Of a stretch of 64,000 bases of DNA, positions 41,312-55,511 are shown one piece after another. Source of the DNA: a virus. The notes below the pieces were generated by a model. It was not told the DNA's origin, searched no databases, and saw nothing but the letters and a program-made list of their open reading frames with translations. Made by a program: the position numbers and the translations under genes. The stretch covers positions 96,001-160,000 of the IMG/VR virus record IMGVR_UViG_3300044712_002690; one strand, 5' to 3'. The first letter of the stretch is position 1, and each line of letters begins with the position of its first letter.

Positions 41312-41901
41312 TTCTTTATACCTGTTAATTCTATAAAATAAGGAAGTGTCTCAATCCATTTACAAAAGGTTCCCCAATCCTCTTTTAATTTATGAGTATG
41401 TCTTTGATTCCAAATAGTAAGTAATTGCATATAGTTTGTACTAACACGCATAGTTAATTCAATTCCCATTGGACAATTAGAAAGCAATCTCATATAATTT
41501 TCATAAGTAGGATTAGAATTATATTCATCTTGAAGAATTTGTAAATTTCTAATAACATCTTCTTGAACATATTTATTCATACATTCTTCTAAATTCATTT
41601 TACTGAGCTTATGCATCTTACTCGAGCTAGACACGATTTGAGCGAAGTGATATCGTTGAAATTGCATAGACCAATAAGCAGGGTAAGTAACATCAAATTG
41701 AACTATAACTCCCGTAAGGAAATTTCCGTGCCCAGAATTAGAAGGAGTGTTTCCTAATTTTTGTGAACGTAAGAATCTTGGATCTGCACTTGATAGCTTT
41801 TCCTTTTCTACATCTACAGGAAATTCAGTACGCATTGGGTAGCCTGAAGCAATCATACTTTCATCTAATCCATATACATTTACATTACTTATTGTTAGCA
41901 T
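41308..41901 (-). CDS. Conserved phage protein, possibly ThyX-like fold
   Basis: VYGLDES, GHGNFL, QFQRYHF and NYMQLLTIWNQR resemble a common phage family; function not established. Confidence 0.45.
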   Translation of the reverse strand: MLTISNVNVYGLDESMIASGYPMRTEFPVDVEKEKLSSADPRFLRSQKLGNTPSNSGHGNFLTGVIVQFDVTYPAYWSMQFQRYHFAQIVSSSSKMHKLSKMNLEECMNKYVQEDVIRNLQILQDEYNSNPTYENYMRLLSNCPMGIELTMRVSTNYMQLLTIWNQRHTHKLKEDWGTFCKWIETLPYFIELTGIKK

Positions 41902-42476
41902 TTTATATCCTTAGTCATTTCATCAATAATTTTGAGGTAAAATACGTATTCATTTACTTGTTCTGCTAAGTACTTATTATCCTTACCTAAGTTCTGATGT
42001 TTTTCAATCCATTCTTTTACAGGATATTTTAAACAACCAATATCAACTATACCATCTGAATATAAAAGTGTGTGTCGTGTACCATATATACAAATGATTG
42101 GAAGTTTAATGTTTTTAGCTTTAAACAGATTTGCTCCAAAAAGATTGGCACCAAATATATTAACTCCCTCTAAATCAGCTTCTCTTAAATCTGCTGCATA
42201 TAGGTTAGCACCTGTAAAGTCTACATTTTTTAGACAAGCTCCTCTAAAGGTGGCACCAACTAAATTTGTACCCATCATAACGGAACCAGTAAGATTAGAG
42301 CCTTGAAAATCTGCTTTAGATAAGTCATTACCAGAAGCAACAAGACCTTGTAGATTAAATCCTTTTAAATCAGCACCCTCAAGATTTTTATTCTTTTCAA
42401 TAGCTTCTCTTATTCCAGTATATTCACCTGAAAGGATAATTTTATTTTCAAGTCTACTTTTAATTTGTACTAACAT
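41895..42476 (-). CDS. Pentapeptide repeat protein
   Basis: Tandem A[DN]L/F pentads (GADLK, KADFQ, GANLY, AADLR, GANLF). Confidence 0.9.
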   Translation of the reverse strand: MLVQIKSRLENKIILSGEYTGIREAIEKNKNLEGADLKGFNLQGLVASGNDLSKADFQGSNLTGSVMMGTNLVGATFRGACLKNVDFTGANLYAADLREADLEGVNIFGANLFGANLFKAKNIKLPIICIYGTRHTLLYSDGIVDIGCLKYPVKEWIEKHQNLGKDNKYLAEQVNEYVFYLKIIDEMTKDIKC

Positions 42477-45400
42477 TACTTAGTTCTCCTCATTATAACA
42501 AACTTCCAATTTCCATTATAGTGTCCTTCTGAATCAGAAATATAAAATAAAATATATTTAAAAGAAAACCAAGTATCTAATTGTTTACATAATGTAGATT
42601 CTTCTGCATGAAATACAACAAACTCAGGCAGGCTTTTAAGAGATCCTATCATTACAGCCATACCTTTATGTACAAAGGATACAATATCAATGATATAATA
42701 TACGTCATTAAATCTATTATAAAATTGATTAAATTGAATTGGAGAAGAAGTAGAAAATGTTTGATGATCGATTTCTCTAATAAAATCAAAAAAATCATCA
42801 CTAGGATAAGATAGTTTTCTTAAAATAAGAAATCCTTTATATTCTCCATTGATTTGAATATATTTTACAATATTAGGTTCTTTACATTCATCTGAGAATT
42901 GTTCATAATCAAATTGTATATCCTCATCGAATGCTTGTTGTTCTAATTTGTATAGTTGTTTAACTATTTCTTCTTTCATATTATCTTCTTTTTCTACGTT
43001 TTTCTAATTTTTTGATTTTTTCTAAAAGTAGTCCATTTACTTTAATATGAAGACTAATAGTATCTTGCTGCAATTCATCGATTTTTTCCCAATAGGTTTT
43101 CTCCGCTTTTCTCTTTATATAGAAATAAATAGAAGCGATTGTAACACCTACATTTATACCAAGTAGACAAAATAGTATATTATATAATATATCCATTTTT
43201 AATTTCTCTCCTTATGAACTTAAAATTAATCAACTCTACCACATCTTTTCATGCCAAACTTTTAATACAATACCTAGAAAAATTAGAAGTGCTAGTAGAC
43301 TTAGTATTGCTATTGCTTTAAGGATAATCATTTATTTCCTACACCTTTCATGATTGATTTCGCAATAAATACAATTACAATGATGTCCGAAATTATCCCA
43401 CCAAATATAATGTTCTCTATTTCCTTCTTCTATAACATGAGGAATAATTATGTTACCACAAGTACAAATTTTATGTTTTTCAGAATGCATAGTAATAGAT
43501 ATTGAGTCAAGCATTAAATTTCATATCCTCCTCTTATTTCAATAGTCTTAAAAAACTCTCTTTCTGCTTCAAGTCCTTTAACATAAATTTCAATTAGTTT
43601 CTGTAATCTAGCAATTTCTTTTTTGTCTTCTTTTGTATTATTGTCAACATATTTAAGAAAATCATACATTACACCAATAGCTTCCCATGCTGAATCATTA
43701 TATAGCCATTCTTTAGGATCATCTAATAATTCGAGTTCCTCATTAAATTTTTCCATTTCATCATATGCAGTATTATATCCTTCTATGAAATCAAGATATT
43801 GCTTACGCTTATTTTTAATATCTGTATAGGGATTCCATTCAACAAAATCTATCCAATTATCTTTTTTATACGGATTCAAATTAAACTTCTTGAAATAAGC
43901 TTTAATTTCTTTGGTATTATCTCTACCAATCATGTACATATAATCATAACCTTCTTGATAGGCTTTACTTTTCTTTTTCATTTATTGTATTCTCACAACA
44001 TTTTTTATTTTTTTCTGGAAACAAATTAGGGGGATTACTTGTTCCACTTTGCTGTTTATTTAAATACTCCATACAAGATTCTAAAAATTCATATAAATTG
44101 CTTTTCATATATCCCCCTTAATCACATAAGGAAATCTAGGTATTCCTTCTTCATATTCAAGTTCTATACCTCTAATTATTTTATATTCTATTGATTCAGG
44201 TTCACCTGATTGTTCCATATCATTTTCACATTCTTCTCTTGTATCATATTCCCCAAAATAACGCCAATGATAATCACCCCCATGAGGATATTTAGAGAAT
44301 AAGAAGTATGTTTCTTTTTGTTTTGGTATTTCAACTTCGACAAGATTACTTTTCTTTTTCATTTTTACCTCTATGCTTATTATATCGTCTATCTTCTCTT
44401 TTAATCTCTTCTTTTATTCCTTTGTCGATAATAGTTCCTTCATATTGTTTAAGAAATTTAATCTTCTTTTTATGTTTTTTCATTTAATTATGCCTCGTAC
44501 TAAATGAGATTACAGCTTCCTTATATTCTTTTAATTCTTTTTTAACTTTATACAATTCTCTTTTCAATTGTCTATTCTGATATAAAGCAGATTCTAATTC
44601 TAATCTTAGTACTTCAGAATCCATATTATCTAGCCATTCTTTTTCTTGTTTTGCATTCATAATTTAATTACTCTCCGAACAAGAGGAACAATGCGGAATA
44701 ATAATACCATCTTTTTCAGAAAAGAATTCTTTATGAAACTCACATCTTGCTCCATATTCTCGAGGATAAGAAGGATACCCTTTATCTGAATCACCGCCCC
44801 AATTATAATAATAACAGGATGAACTAGTGTGATTTTTATTATCATCGTTCATTTGTCTTCTTTATACCTTGTTTTAATTATACGAATAATTTCTTTAATA
44901 AGTAACTGTCTATTATGATTACTATATCCTGTATTTCCTACATGGAACGTCCACCATTGATCTAATACACTCCCCAACTGTTCCTCTATAGGGATAAACT
45001 TCTCATTCTCTTGAACTATAAAGCCACCTTCAAATGAAATTTTATCGCTATCAATATTTTCTTGTGTAACATCTTTTAATGTTTTCATTTTTCGTCTTTC
45101 TTAATCCATCCTCTAAGTTTATCCTCTTCATCCATAGCATAAATCTTAAACCACATTAAAGTATCTATCATTTCATCATGCAATTCTAGTGTTATAGTTC
45201 CATTCAAATATAAAAAGTGTATAAAATTGTATAACTTACGCCATTCATCCCACATACTTATAGATTCTCTTATTTTTTCCATACAATTATCACATTTCAT
45301 TTTTTATTCCTCCTGATGAGGTACAGTTATAGTTATTCTTTTTCTTGTATACATATTCATTCGATAATCACAATCACTCATAGCCCATGCCAATATATCT

Positions 45401-48400
45401 TCAATTGGTTGATCCCTTGAAAATATTTTTGTTTCCTGCCATGCTTCACCAGTTTCAGAATTTCCAGCAGACATATCTTTAATTGCTATTACTGTTCTTA
45501 TCATTTTTCTTCCTCCCAATCTTCCCAATATTCACACGATCCCCATTTGTCAATTAAAAGATGAGAACCAATACCTTCAGGAACAGGTTTATGACCACAC
45601 CATGTTTCATTATGAAAAGAATCATAGTTTCTATGTTTACAATTCATACATGGTTTATCCTTACAAGGTTCTTCATACATTATTTTTCTCCCAATACTCA
45701 CACTCAAAATCTTCAGCAGTTTCCTTTTCAGTTAAAGTCATACAACCATGCATTAAACAAATACCCATAAATCTATCATTTGCTTTACAGTTGAAACAAC
45801 CCCTTTTACTTTTACATGTATGTATCTTAGAACCAAATATAGTTTTACCACATTGTTCACAAACATGATGACCTCCACCATATTTTACGTCTTTTTTCAT
45901 TTCTTTTCTTCCTTATATAAAGGTAAAGGACACCAATCAGGTATTTCATTCTCATAATCGCCGGTAATTAATTTTCCTTCGTTAGATTCAAAAGTACATA
46001 TATGAGTAGCTCCATATGAATCATTAGGACACATATCACTACACTGAAAACAATTAGATATTATTCTTTTAGTCATAAGTTACCTTCAGACAATTTCTTT
46101 TTTAATGTGGAGAAATCTATTTCTGGTTCTGTTTTTACATGTTCTATAAATCGTTCTATTATGTATTTAGTTCCTTTACCCATTTCAATTAATATATTAT
46201 CTCTTCTCATAAAAGAATTATAACAAGTTAAACATTTATAACTACTCATATCTATTTCATGAAAAAATGATTCTACTTTTGTCAAACCATATTCTCTGCA
46301 AATAGGACAAACAATATTTACTTTTTCAACGTTCATAATGTTTTCTCATGCATCCTATTTCTTCTTTTTCTTAGATCAATTAAATAAGCATCCTGCTCTT
46401 CTTTAGTCATTACCATCATAGCAAAAATATCCATATCTAATGATTTATGGAACTCATCATTACCATTATATTTTTTATCAATAGCAAGTTTAATATTCTT
46501 ATTCCAAATTTTCCATTTAGTTCTTCGATAAAAATCTTTTACATTATAAAGAAAGATATCAGTAGCATAAATAGCTATATTAATATCTTTCCATATACCC
46601 CAATTATAATCACTCATACTTCTTTTTCAACCTGTTCTTTTTAAAAAATTCATGCAAAGTACAATCATCAATATCACACCCTTCATTGCACAGTTCTAAT
46701 TTCTCCGTAATAATTGTATGATATTCTTCCTTTTTGTTTACATAAGTTTCGATTACTTCATATACATACTTGCCACCTCGCCATGCTTCTTCCGCACGAC
46801 CAGAATCAATAGCTTTAGTTAGATTACTAAATATTCCTAGTAGATAACTATGATTCTCATGTGATCCCCAACGGTACATCATTACTACATATAGTCTTTT
46901 ATGAAAGAGTTTGTTTAGTTTGATTAGAAATTTCATCCTAAATCTCCTTTGGAAATTGCATACATTCCTGCACCTAATAAATTAGATAGAATTAAAACAC
47001 CAAAAGAAATATTTCCATATATTTGATATATGAATAGGTCAACCAGCACTGCAAGTGTAAAACAAACAATAGTTCTCATTTCGCTAACCCTTTCTTTTTC
47101 CAATCTTTTAACATATTTGTTAAACTTTCAATATCTTTTCGTTGTTCCTCTACCGTCATCTTCATTTTCCAAACATCACAATCACTACAAAAATCAAGCC
47201 CCTCTTCACTATGTTCTACATCAACAGGTTCGCAATCTGCACATTTGATTTTCATAATGTTTCCAATATGGGTTCATTATTTGTCGGCATTTTCTTTCCT
47301 TTTCTCACTAACAAATCCTTTAGCAATATCCTTATGACCACAATCCAAACAAATACCAGTATCATCAAAATTACTTTTAAGATTCACACTATAACACTTC
47401 GGACATTGAACAATCATTTCAATTTTAGTTTCCATTTTGTTACTCCTCTATCTCTTCAATTTGCATATCAGCATTAGACCAACCTTTATCATAATCAACT
47501 GAAGGAGGAATAGTTACTTCTTCAGCAAACTCTTTAATGTCTTCCCAATTTATATTATTATAGGCCCAATCAATTAATTCAGAATTATCACTCAAGGAAT
47601 ATTCATACTCTTTTTTGTACTCTTCCGAATTGGTATCAAAACCATCTACATTACAAGCATAATAATAAGCTCTAGTTCTTGCTATTATTTCTGCCGGTAT
47701 TTTATAGGTTCTTCTGTCTGTAAAAGTAACAAACAAATATTTTATTTTCATTTTTTATTATACCAATCCTTTATAGATTCTCTTAATTCAACACAACACT
47801 TGTAGCAAAGATCATCATATTTAACAGTATCTCCTGAACCACCACAATCCTTTCCCATTTTATATTTAAAATATAGTGATCCTTCTCCTTGCCAACCGTT
47901 ATACATAGTGGTTATATCTTGTTTACATTTATCACAAATTACTTTGGTTGTTTTCATTTTTAGTATTCCGTCGAACAAATTATATAAGGTTCAGTTTTTT
48001 GATCCAGAATTAGTGCATTTTGAAAAGAAAGAAATACAGATAAATAAAAACCTCTGCAATCAAACTTAACTTCCATTTTTAATGGAGTATTTTCAATGTC
48101 TTTTATATTTCTATCAGTTAAGATAAGTTTTTTTAAGGAATCCCATGTAGGTACTTCTTCTTCATTAAATCCGTACCACATTCCTTCTTTATTAACATCT
48201 ACTTCTCTGCAAAAAGTAAGTTCAGCATCATCACCATATTCTTTAAAATAAAACTCTACTGCATCTTTTTTTGATTTAGCCGCTACATGATCAGTAGTAT
48301 TCATTTTAAATACTTTCATTTCATACGGATTCATGATTAGTTACCTTATTCCAAATTTTTTCTGCTGTCTTTATATCTTTGTAATAACCTGTCCTTCCAC

Positions 48401-51400
48401 CACATTTTTTACAATACACATATCTAAATGGGTTTCCTAATTGCTGTTCATGTGTATCATATGAAGAAAATATAGTACTAGGATCATCATTTCCACAAAA
48501 AGGACAAGCACCTAACCTATATTTTGAATCCATTTTATTTCTCCTGTAATTCTTCTAAAAGAAATTTAATCATCTCCAAAGTACTTTGTTCAGTATCACT
48601 TATCAGCATTCCACCAAATCCCCACTCATTTTCACACAGTCCTTCAGATTTTAACTTTATACAATACCTGATAAATTCTAATTCTTTTTTATAATCTGGT
48701 TTCATTATCCCTCCTACGATAATAAATGATTATACTTTCTGTAATACTCAACAACTTTTTCTAAAAATTCTTCAGAGTCTTCTCTTTTCATTTTATAAAA
48801 AGATTCCATTGTATTTTCTACGGAGGTACCGGAATGAGTTAAGTTAAACATTAATGTATTTGAATAAGGATTCTCAATTCTTCCTCCACCACAATAAGCG
48901 TGATCTTTTTTACGCTTGTTTATTACATTTTTTATATAAAAAGAGTAAAAGACAATAAAACAAAAAAACAATGTAGTTAAAAAGGTTGTAAGAAAAATAA
49001 ATACTTCTGTTGACATAATTAACCTATCCTTTTAATATCTGGATTTTCTTTCATTCCTTCTGCCATCCAATCCATAATGTCATACAAATACAAATCCTCA
49101 TCAACTTTATATAGTACCTGATTAACAAGCAATACAGGAGGTTTTATTGCTAACAGTTCAATTTTTGCTCTATCTGAAATAAGTAAATAAATCTTTTTAG
49201 GTGTGCTCATATTACTTCCTCCAAGTTAACCCAACAAGGTTCTTCCATATCACCTAAATCTTCTTTAGCATCATGATTAATACAATCAGGATTAGAACAA
49301 TACCATCTATAATCCCATTGTTTACCTTGAGTAACTACTACAGGATAACCACAAGATTTACAATGTCCGGTGAACCATGAGCAAGTTGGTTTAGGTTTAC
49401 TTGGTAGATGGGCTATTATTTGCATTTTTTCCACTCCTTCAATATCTCTTCAAACAAATAATCAGTCAATGTATGAATTTCTGCTTTACCTGATTCTGAA
49501 TCAAGTTCTCCATTAGAGAGCATATCAACTAGAGGTCTTCCTACTTTATCATTATAACATCTATATTCTAAAAGCAAAGTTTCAATTTTATCGCACAGTC
49601 TACTTACAACAGACTCTTTCCACAATCCACCCATAATAGCTTCTTCTTTGCAAAGCTTATTTATGGTGATAATATTATATCCTTTATTTATATACTTACC
49701 AGCATCTTCATTAATAGTATATTCAGTAGATAGAATGTATCTATTATACACATCTTTTTTATTACCAACAACATCGGTATTTTGATTAGAATACCAAATT
49801 TCAAATAGATAAGCTTCTTCCATTTTCATTCCATCCTTTAAGTAGTATATAGGATCATCTATTGTTCTTGCTGTCCACATATTAATTCTTCTTTATAAAT
49901 AACATGGTGAGTCATCAATAGTAAAATTTTCATCTAATGCTCTAATCCTTTCCCTATAACTTTCAATACCAGTATCACCAGACATATACCACTCAAGCTC
50001 ATAAGCACGTTTAGCATCTTCTCTTAAATCTTTAATGAGATTAATTACTTCTGCTTTTATCCATGCTTTATCTCTATTATCATTACAATTATTATAAATT
50101 TCACCAGAATTAAGATCAGCTTCTATTTCATCAGCTAGATCATTTAAAATTTGATATTTATAATTATAATGTCCACCACTCATTTTGCTTCCTCACTAAA
50201 AAAGTATTCTCTATATCCTTTCAACCACTTTTCAATAACACACAAATAACAAGTATGAACCATATCTGTACAATCACCACAATGTTTTGCACTTAGTTTA
50301 TCAGGATTAGGTAGAAAAGATAAAAAGGATGTTAGCCATTCTTCAGAACAATCTTCTTTTTGAATAATCCAATCTTTGAATGATAGTTTATTCATTTACA
50401 AATATCCTGATAAAGCATTATTGAAAGTTTATAAATACTAAAACAACCTGCCCCAATAATAAAAGGCAGTAAACCAAATACCTAACGCATAAAATAGTTT
50501 GAATTAGTAAAACTATCATTACCTAATTTCATAATTATTTTATCCATGAGATATCCAACTAGATAAGGAATAAAAATAATTCCTATCCAAAAACCAACTA
50601 CACCAATAATTCCTGATATACACATGTTATTTATTCTCCTCTTTTTTCTTTTCTTCTATATAAGCATCAAATTGTTTACCAGCTTCTAACAATTCATTAT
50701 AATGTTTGTACATTCTATCCATTGTCTCTTGATCTAATTTCTCAGGATTATTCATTCTGTCAAGAAACTTTTTTGCATCATCACCGCTAATAATACCTAA
50801 TTCAGTAAATTTCTTTTTATAGTATAAACTAGTTACCCACCATCCAAAAAACATTCCACAAAAGAAAAGTAAGATACTGTTTATAATAAGCAACGGTATA
50901 TTCATTTAATTAACCCCAATACATCATTTGAATCATTATAAATAATAGTATTCCTAATACTGCTCCACCGATGCAAAGATATTCAGTTTTCATTTTTGTC
51001 CCTCAATTCTAAATTATAACAATCTTTAGCTATAGCAATAAGCTCTTCTTTACTACTTAAACATTCATCGAATACAAGATGAGTTAAACCACCACTTTCA
51101 CTGAAATAGCTCCATCCACCAGCTTCATTTTTAACTTTGTATAAAGATATGCCATTAGATAATTCACCTACTTTATGTAAGTCTTCTGGTACATGTATCA
51201 TATCTTGTAGACTAGTCATTTTTAGTATTCCTATACGGTTCGGTTAATTCACCCGTTTCAGTATATATACCTGTAGACATAAGAAACCTTCTTGCTTCTT
51301 CTTTATCTACAGATACTCTTTTAGCATAAGCTTTTATTTCTTTAAGTAATTGTTTATATTCTTTATCAGTCATTTATCATCCCCCAAAGGACACCAAGGC

Positions 51401-52584
51401 GGATAATCTATAACACTAAATAAATCAGTGTCCCTATATTCTTCACGATGTTCAATACCACAAGCCATTATTTCTGACCGATTAGTTCCATCACTAATTG
51501 CTTTACGAACAAAGCTTCTATGAGGGCAATGATGACAACTAGATACTTTAATTATTTTCATTTCTTTGCCTTTTTTCAAATGCATCTTTAATAAGAGCAG
51601 TAATACCTACAAGTTCAAGATATGTTAGTTTATCAATAGATTCTTTTGCATATTTTTTCATTTCTTCAATTTCAATCATTCTTTTAAACCCATCATCACT
51701 ATTAAATTCATCCATCAATTTCTTTTCATATTTAAATGTAACAGGCTTTATAGGAGTCATTATTTGACCGATATTCATACCACAATGTTTACATTTACCA
51801 CCATCATTTTCAAAATCATGATTACAAGTATTTTGTAGAGCAATCAATTTTTCCTCAATAACTTTTATTCTATTTTCAATGCTTTTTCTATCAATAATTC
51901 TTTCTTCCAGTGTTTGAGCTAGTAGTGTTTCAAGTGTATATAATTCACACTCTAATCCTTCTTTTTCTTCCATATACAAAAAGTTAGCATCTTGCCCCAT
52001 TGTTTTAACTGTTTCCGCCATAACTTTACCATCACTACATTCACATTCTACTATAAGATCAGGATCAGTAGGATGATCTACCCAACCAGTACCGTTACAA
52101 TAAGTACAGGTTGTTATGCTATATAAATCTTCTCTAATAAAATTAAAAACTTTATCTACTTCTTTATACGGATCAAATATATTTGCAAATCTAACTTTTA
52201 ATTCTTCTAAGACTTCTTCTACATCAATTGTCTTAAATTGTTTTATTTTTGTTTTAACTTCAACTATATGTTTTGTGTATTGACGTCTAGGGCCATCAAT
52301 TGCAACAGCCATATGTTTTTCAAGTACATTTATAACTGCACTAGTATTAAGTAGAAATTTCATTTTTCTTCCTCTTCAAATGTAAAGCAACTACAATATT
52401 TACAACCTACAGCTTCCATAACTTCATGATATATATTAGGATAGCTGTCAAAATGCCTATAATAAGGATGACCGCACTTACAAATACGATCATCACCATA
52501 TTTAGGATTATATTTCCTAACAATTATAGTTTCTTCAAGATAAGGCTTTTCGTTGTTCATTATAATTCCTCCATATATTCCCAA
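42476..52584 (-). CDS. Dense array of about 30 small hypothetical ORFs, many Cys-rich
   Basis: ORF track; overlapping start/stop junctions typical of phage accessory regions. Confidence 0.5.
48321..48533 (-). CDS. Lar-family (restriction alleviation) zinc-ribbon protein
   Basis: CPFCG...YVYCKKCGGRT...AEKIWN. Confidence 0.7.
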   Translation of the reverse strand: MDSKYRLGACPFCGNDDPSTIFSSYDTHEQQLGNPFRYVYCKKCGGRTGYYKDIKTAEKIWNKVTNHESV

Positions 52585-53270
52585 CCATCAATAAGCCATT
52601 GCAAATATAATTCGTGTTGTTTACCATACCAACCACAAGCAAAAGGATGCTGTACTTCTATTAAAGCAAATTTATAAGGAATACTTTCATTTACTTTCAT
52701 CATTCCAAAATCTACTGCTCCACAAAATCCTTCAGGGAATTTAATATGATCTATATTTGGTGCGTCAGGAGTATTCACTTCATTACCCCAATACCATTGT
52801 CCGCATAAAACTTTTCCATTACTTATATAATACCTCCATTCGTTTTCAAAAGTAACTATATCTGAACAAATGAAAGGAGGCTTCTTTTTCTTTTTATGTG
52901 TTCCTGTAGTACAAAAACCTGTGAACCTTTTATATCTATCCGATGGTTTAATAAATACTTTTTTACCTAAAGGCCATTTGTCTGTTTCCCAAACATTTCT
53001 ATATAAATACTCATTTAACCACATCGGATAATAGTTTGGTTGAATATGAAAATTAGATTCTACTCCTAATATATTATATCCCATACTTAATTCACACCAC
53101 TCTACTGATCCGCAAGGAATATATTCTTTAGGACATGGTTTATTCTTATCTACTCTAGCTAAAGGAATATCCCAAGTATTACACATCATAGAAATAACTT
53201 GAGATTCTCTTGATAAAAGGTCATTTTTCATCAAGGCAAATCCTTTGTAATGTTTTAAATCAATATTCAT
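52560..53270 (-). CDS. ATP-grasp domain protein (DUF4343/R2K-like)
   Basis: VFIKP, KRFTG, EWRYYI, VDFG and LIEV. Confidence 0.7.
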   Translation of the reverse strand: MNIDLKHYKGFALMKNDLLSRESQVISMMCNTWDIPLARVDKNKPCPKEYIPCGSVEWCELSMGYNILGVESNFHIQPNYYPMWLNEYLYRNVWETDKWPLGKKVFIKPSDRYKRFTGFCTTGTHKKKKKPPFICSDIVTFENEWRYYISNGKVLCGQWYWGNEVNTPDAPNIDHIKFPEGFCGAVDFGMMKVNESIPYKFALIEVQHPFACGWYGKQHELYLQWLIDGWEYMEEL

Positions 53271-53822
53271 TTTTTCTTATTTTTATTTATATCTACTTTC
53301 AAAGCTGATCCCATAAATTTTATAGATGATGTTCTTAGTCCTATATCCTTGTTAACTTCTTCTATTCTTTTTTCTAGTTTATTTAATTTTAGTAACAGAT
53401 AAATACAGACAATAACTAATCCTATTATCTGACCAGTATGTATAGCAGACCAATTAATTTCCATTATTCTACTCTCCTAAGGAGCTACTCCTTCATCCCA
53501 TTCATGACTTTGTTTTAGTTTTTTATACATTTCTTTTGAAGCAAGTTGTTTTAATGCTTCCTCTAACGCCCATTGTTTATGTTGAGCTCCATCAGTTAGT
53601 AGGCCTTGTATTAAAATTTCAACTACTTTCATTTTCTTTTTGCCTTTTTCTTATTCTGAGTATCAATACGATTTAACTTTTTAAGCATTGTTTCTGTGAT
53701 GCCTTTATCAACAATTTTCTTACACATTTTACATTCAACTTCTTTCGCTTCTTTAGTAAGATAGATTTTATAGCCAGTGGCACCACAAGCAGCATAAGGA
53801 GCATCTTCTTTCTTATAGTGTA

Positions 53823-54263
53823 TCATGATTTAACTTTCTCCCATGATTCTATATTACCTTCTATCCTATAAAAGATAGGATGAGGTTCAGGTTCAATTAT
53901 ATTAACTAATACTTCTCTAAAAAATCTAGGTTCACGTAGGGAAACTTTTTCTTTTAAATGTTTTGCTTCATATACTAATTGACCAATAGTAACAGGAATA
54001 GATTCAAATGCAACATTTCTTGTATTTATTTTACTTCTATCGAAGTTATAGTTTCTTTTAACCGATTCTAAATATAAGAAGTATAAGTATACATTCATAA
54101 TACCAACAGGATCTGGATGTTTATAGAATCTTTCTAATTGTGGATGGTGTTTATAGCCAGAAGTATCGCCCATAAGAACTTTTCTAGCTAAAAGAGCCTC
54201 ACGCCAGCCACCACTCAATCCTTTAGCATCTAAGTACTTTGGATGTAATGACCAGAGCCTCAC
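53823..54263 (-). CDS. Pyrimidine dimer DNA glycosylase/endonuclease V family
   Basis: MRLWSLHPKYLDAKGL, WREALLA, YKHHPQLERF and RNYNFDRSKI. Confidence 0.88.
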   Translation of the reverse strand: MRLWSLHPKYLDAKGLSGGWREALLARKVLMGDTSGYKHHPQLERFYKHPDPVGIMNVYLYFLYLESVKRNYNFDRSKINTRNVAFESIPVTIGQLVYEAKHLKEKVSLREPRFFREVLVNIIEPEPHPIFYRIEGNIESWEKVKS

Positions 54264-54321
54264 TGTCTTCTCCTTTAAATGTCAAAGGATTTAGACGAAC
54301 CTAAATCCTTTAATCTATTAT

Positions 54322-54353
54322 AATATAATAACATTAGAAAAAATATGTAACTA
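54322..54353 (-). promoter_or_regulatory. Phage promoter-like motif TAGTTAC-~N19-TATATT
   Basis: Upstream of the glycosylase gene. Confidence 0.55.
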
Positions 54354-54527
54354 GTATGAGCCGTGAGCCCTCATATGTTCTGGTATAATAATCTTTGCTT
54401 TACCAAAAACACGTTTACTAGTTTTACCACATTTCTCACATTTCACTTCTGTAGGAAAGTCTTCTCCATACGGTTTTTTATACTCTGTTATATGCTCGCA
54501 TTCAATACATTTATAGTCTTCAAACAT
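54351..54527 (-). CDS. Small zinc-ribbon protein (FmdB-like), 58 aa, not in the ORF track
   Basis: MFEDYKCIECEH...VKCEKCGKTSKRVF; GGAG RBS. Confidence 0.6.
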   Translation of the reverse strand: MFEDYKCIECEHITEYKKPYGEDFPTEVKCEKCGKTSKRVFGKAKIIIPEHMRAHGSY

Positions 54528-54807
54528 TTAGAATCTCCTAAAAATAAAAATGGGTCTAACCTAATAGACCCATATATAAATATCTTACTCTTAATTCTTT
54601 CTAACTAATACTTGATTTTTACTTCTTCGTAATCTTCTTTAAATCTTTCGAATATGATCTTTAGACATTGCTTAATATTTTCAGGATCAGCATGTTCATG
54701 TAAAGACACTGTGTAGTCAACAGCAAAATCAACACATCTATCAAAATCAAGGATAATACTCTTCTGTTTCTTATGTCGATAGAAATCTATAAATTCAATA
54801 TTTTCTT

Positions 54808-55509
54808 TCATAAGTTTACATTTGAATATACTAATTGTGAAAGTAAAAGATTGTCTTGTACAAGTTGGGTTGGTGAAGGATTAAGAGATCTTGAAACAGG
54901 TCTACCATTTCTATAAAATACATTTGCTACCTGTTCACTACAATACCAAGCTCTTTCGTCATCAAAAGCTCTTTTCATCCACCAAAATGCTAATCCTGTA
55001 AAATCATAAATAGTACTCATTGATTTCTCAGAAAGAATATCACGTAATATTGCTTGTTGTTGTTCTTGTGTGCAAGGAACTTTAAATATAACTTGTCTAC
55101 GTAATTGATACTGACTAAAATCAAAGTAGTTCATTCCATTAGCATCGGCACTACCTAATACTAATATATTGATAGTTGAAAGTAACCAGTCTATATCATC
55201 TGTAGGGGATGTTATATAATATGATTTATATTTGTCTTTTAATCTAGCCCATTCCTCATCAGTAACTAGCTTTTTAATATTGTTAGCATGTAACATCATT
55301 ATAGAATGTGAGTAAGGTCCTGAAATAGCAGCAATAGCTTTTGATACTATATTATTCATCTCACTTTTAAGACAAGAAATATACAGACCCTCACCATGCA
55401 TTTCAAATACCTGATCCATTCCCTCAAGAAGAGGTTTTCTATAACCAGGTTTATATTTCTTCTTTTCAATCTTATCAATGAACAAATTAAGTCTATGAGA
55501 TAATGACAT
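54808..55509 (-). CDS. Permuted papain-like amidase (YaeF/YiiX-like)
   Basis: YSHS, YDFTG and WYCSE. Confidence 0.7.
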   Translation of the reverse strand: MSLSHRLNLFIDKIEKKKYKPGYRKPLLEGMDQVFEMHGEGLYISCLKSEMNNIVSKAIAAISGPYSHSIMMLHANNIKKLVTDEEWARLKDKYKSYYITSPTDDIDWLLSTINILVLGSADANGMNYFDFSQYQLRRQVIFKVPCTQEQQQAILRDILSEKSMSTIYDFTGLAFWWMKRAFDDERAWYCSEQVANVFYRNGRPVSRSLNPSPTQLVQDNLLLSQLVYSNVNL

Positions 55510-55511
55510 AT

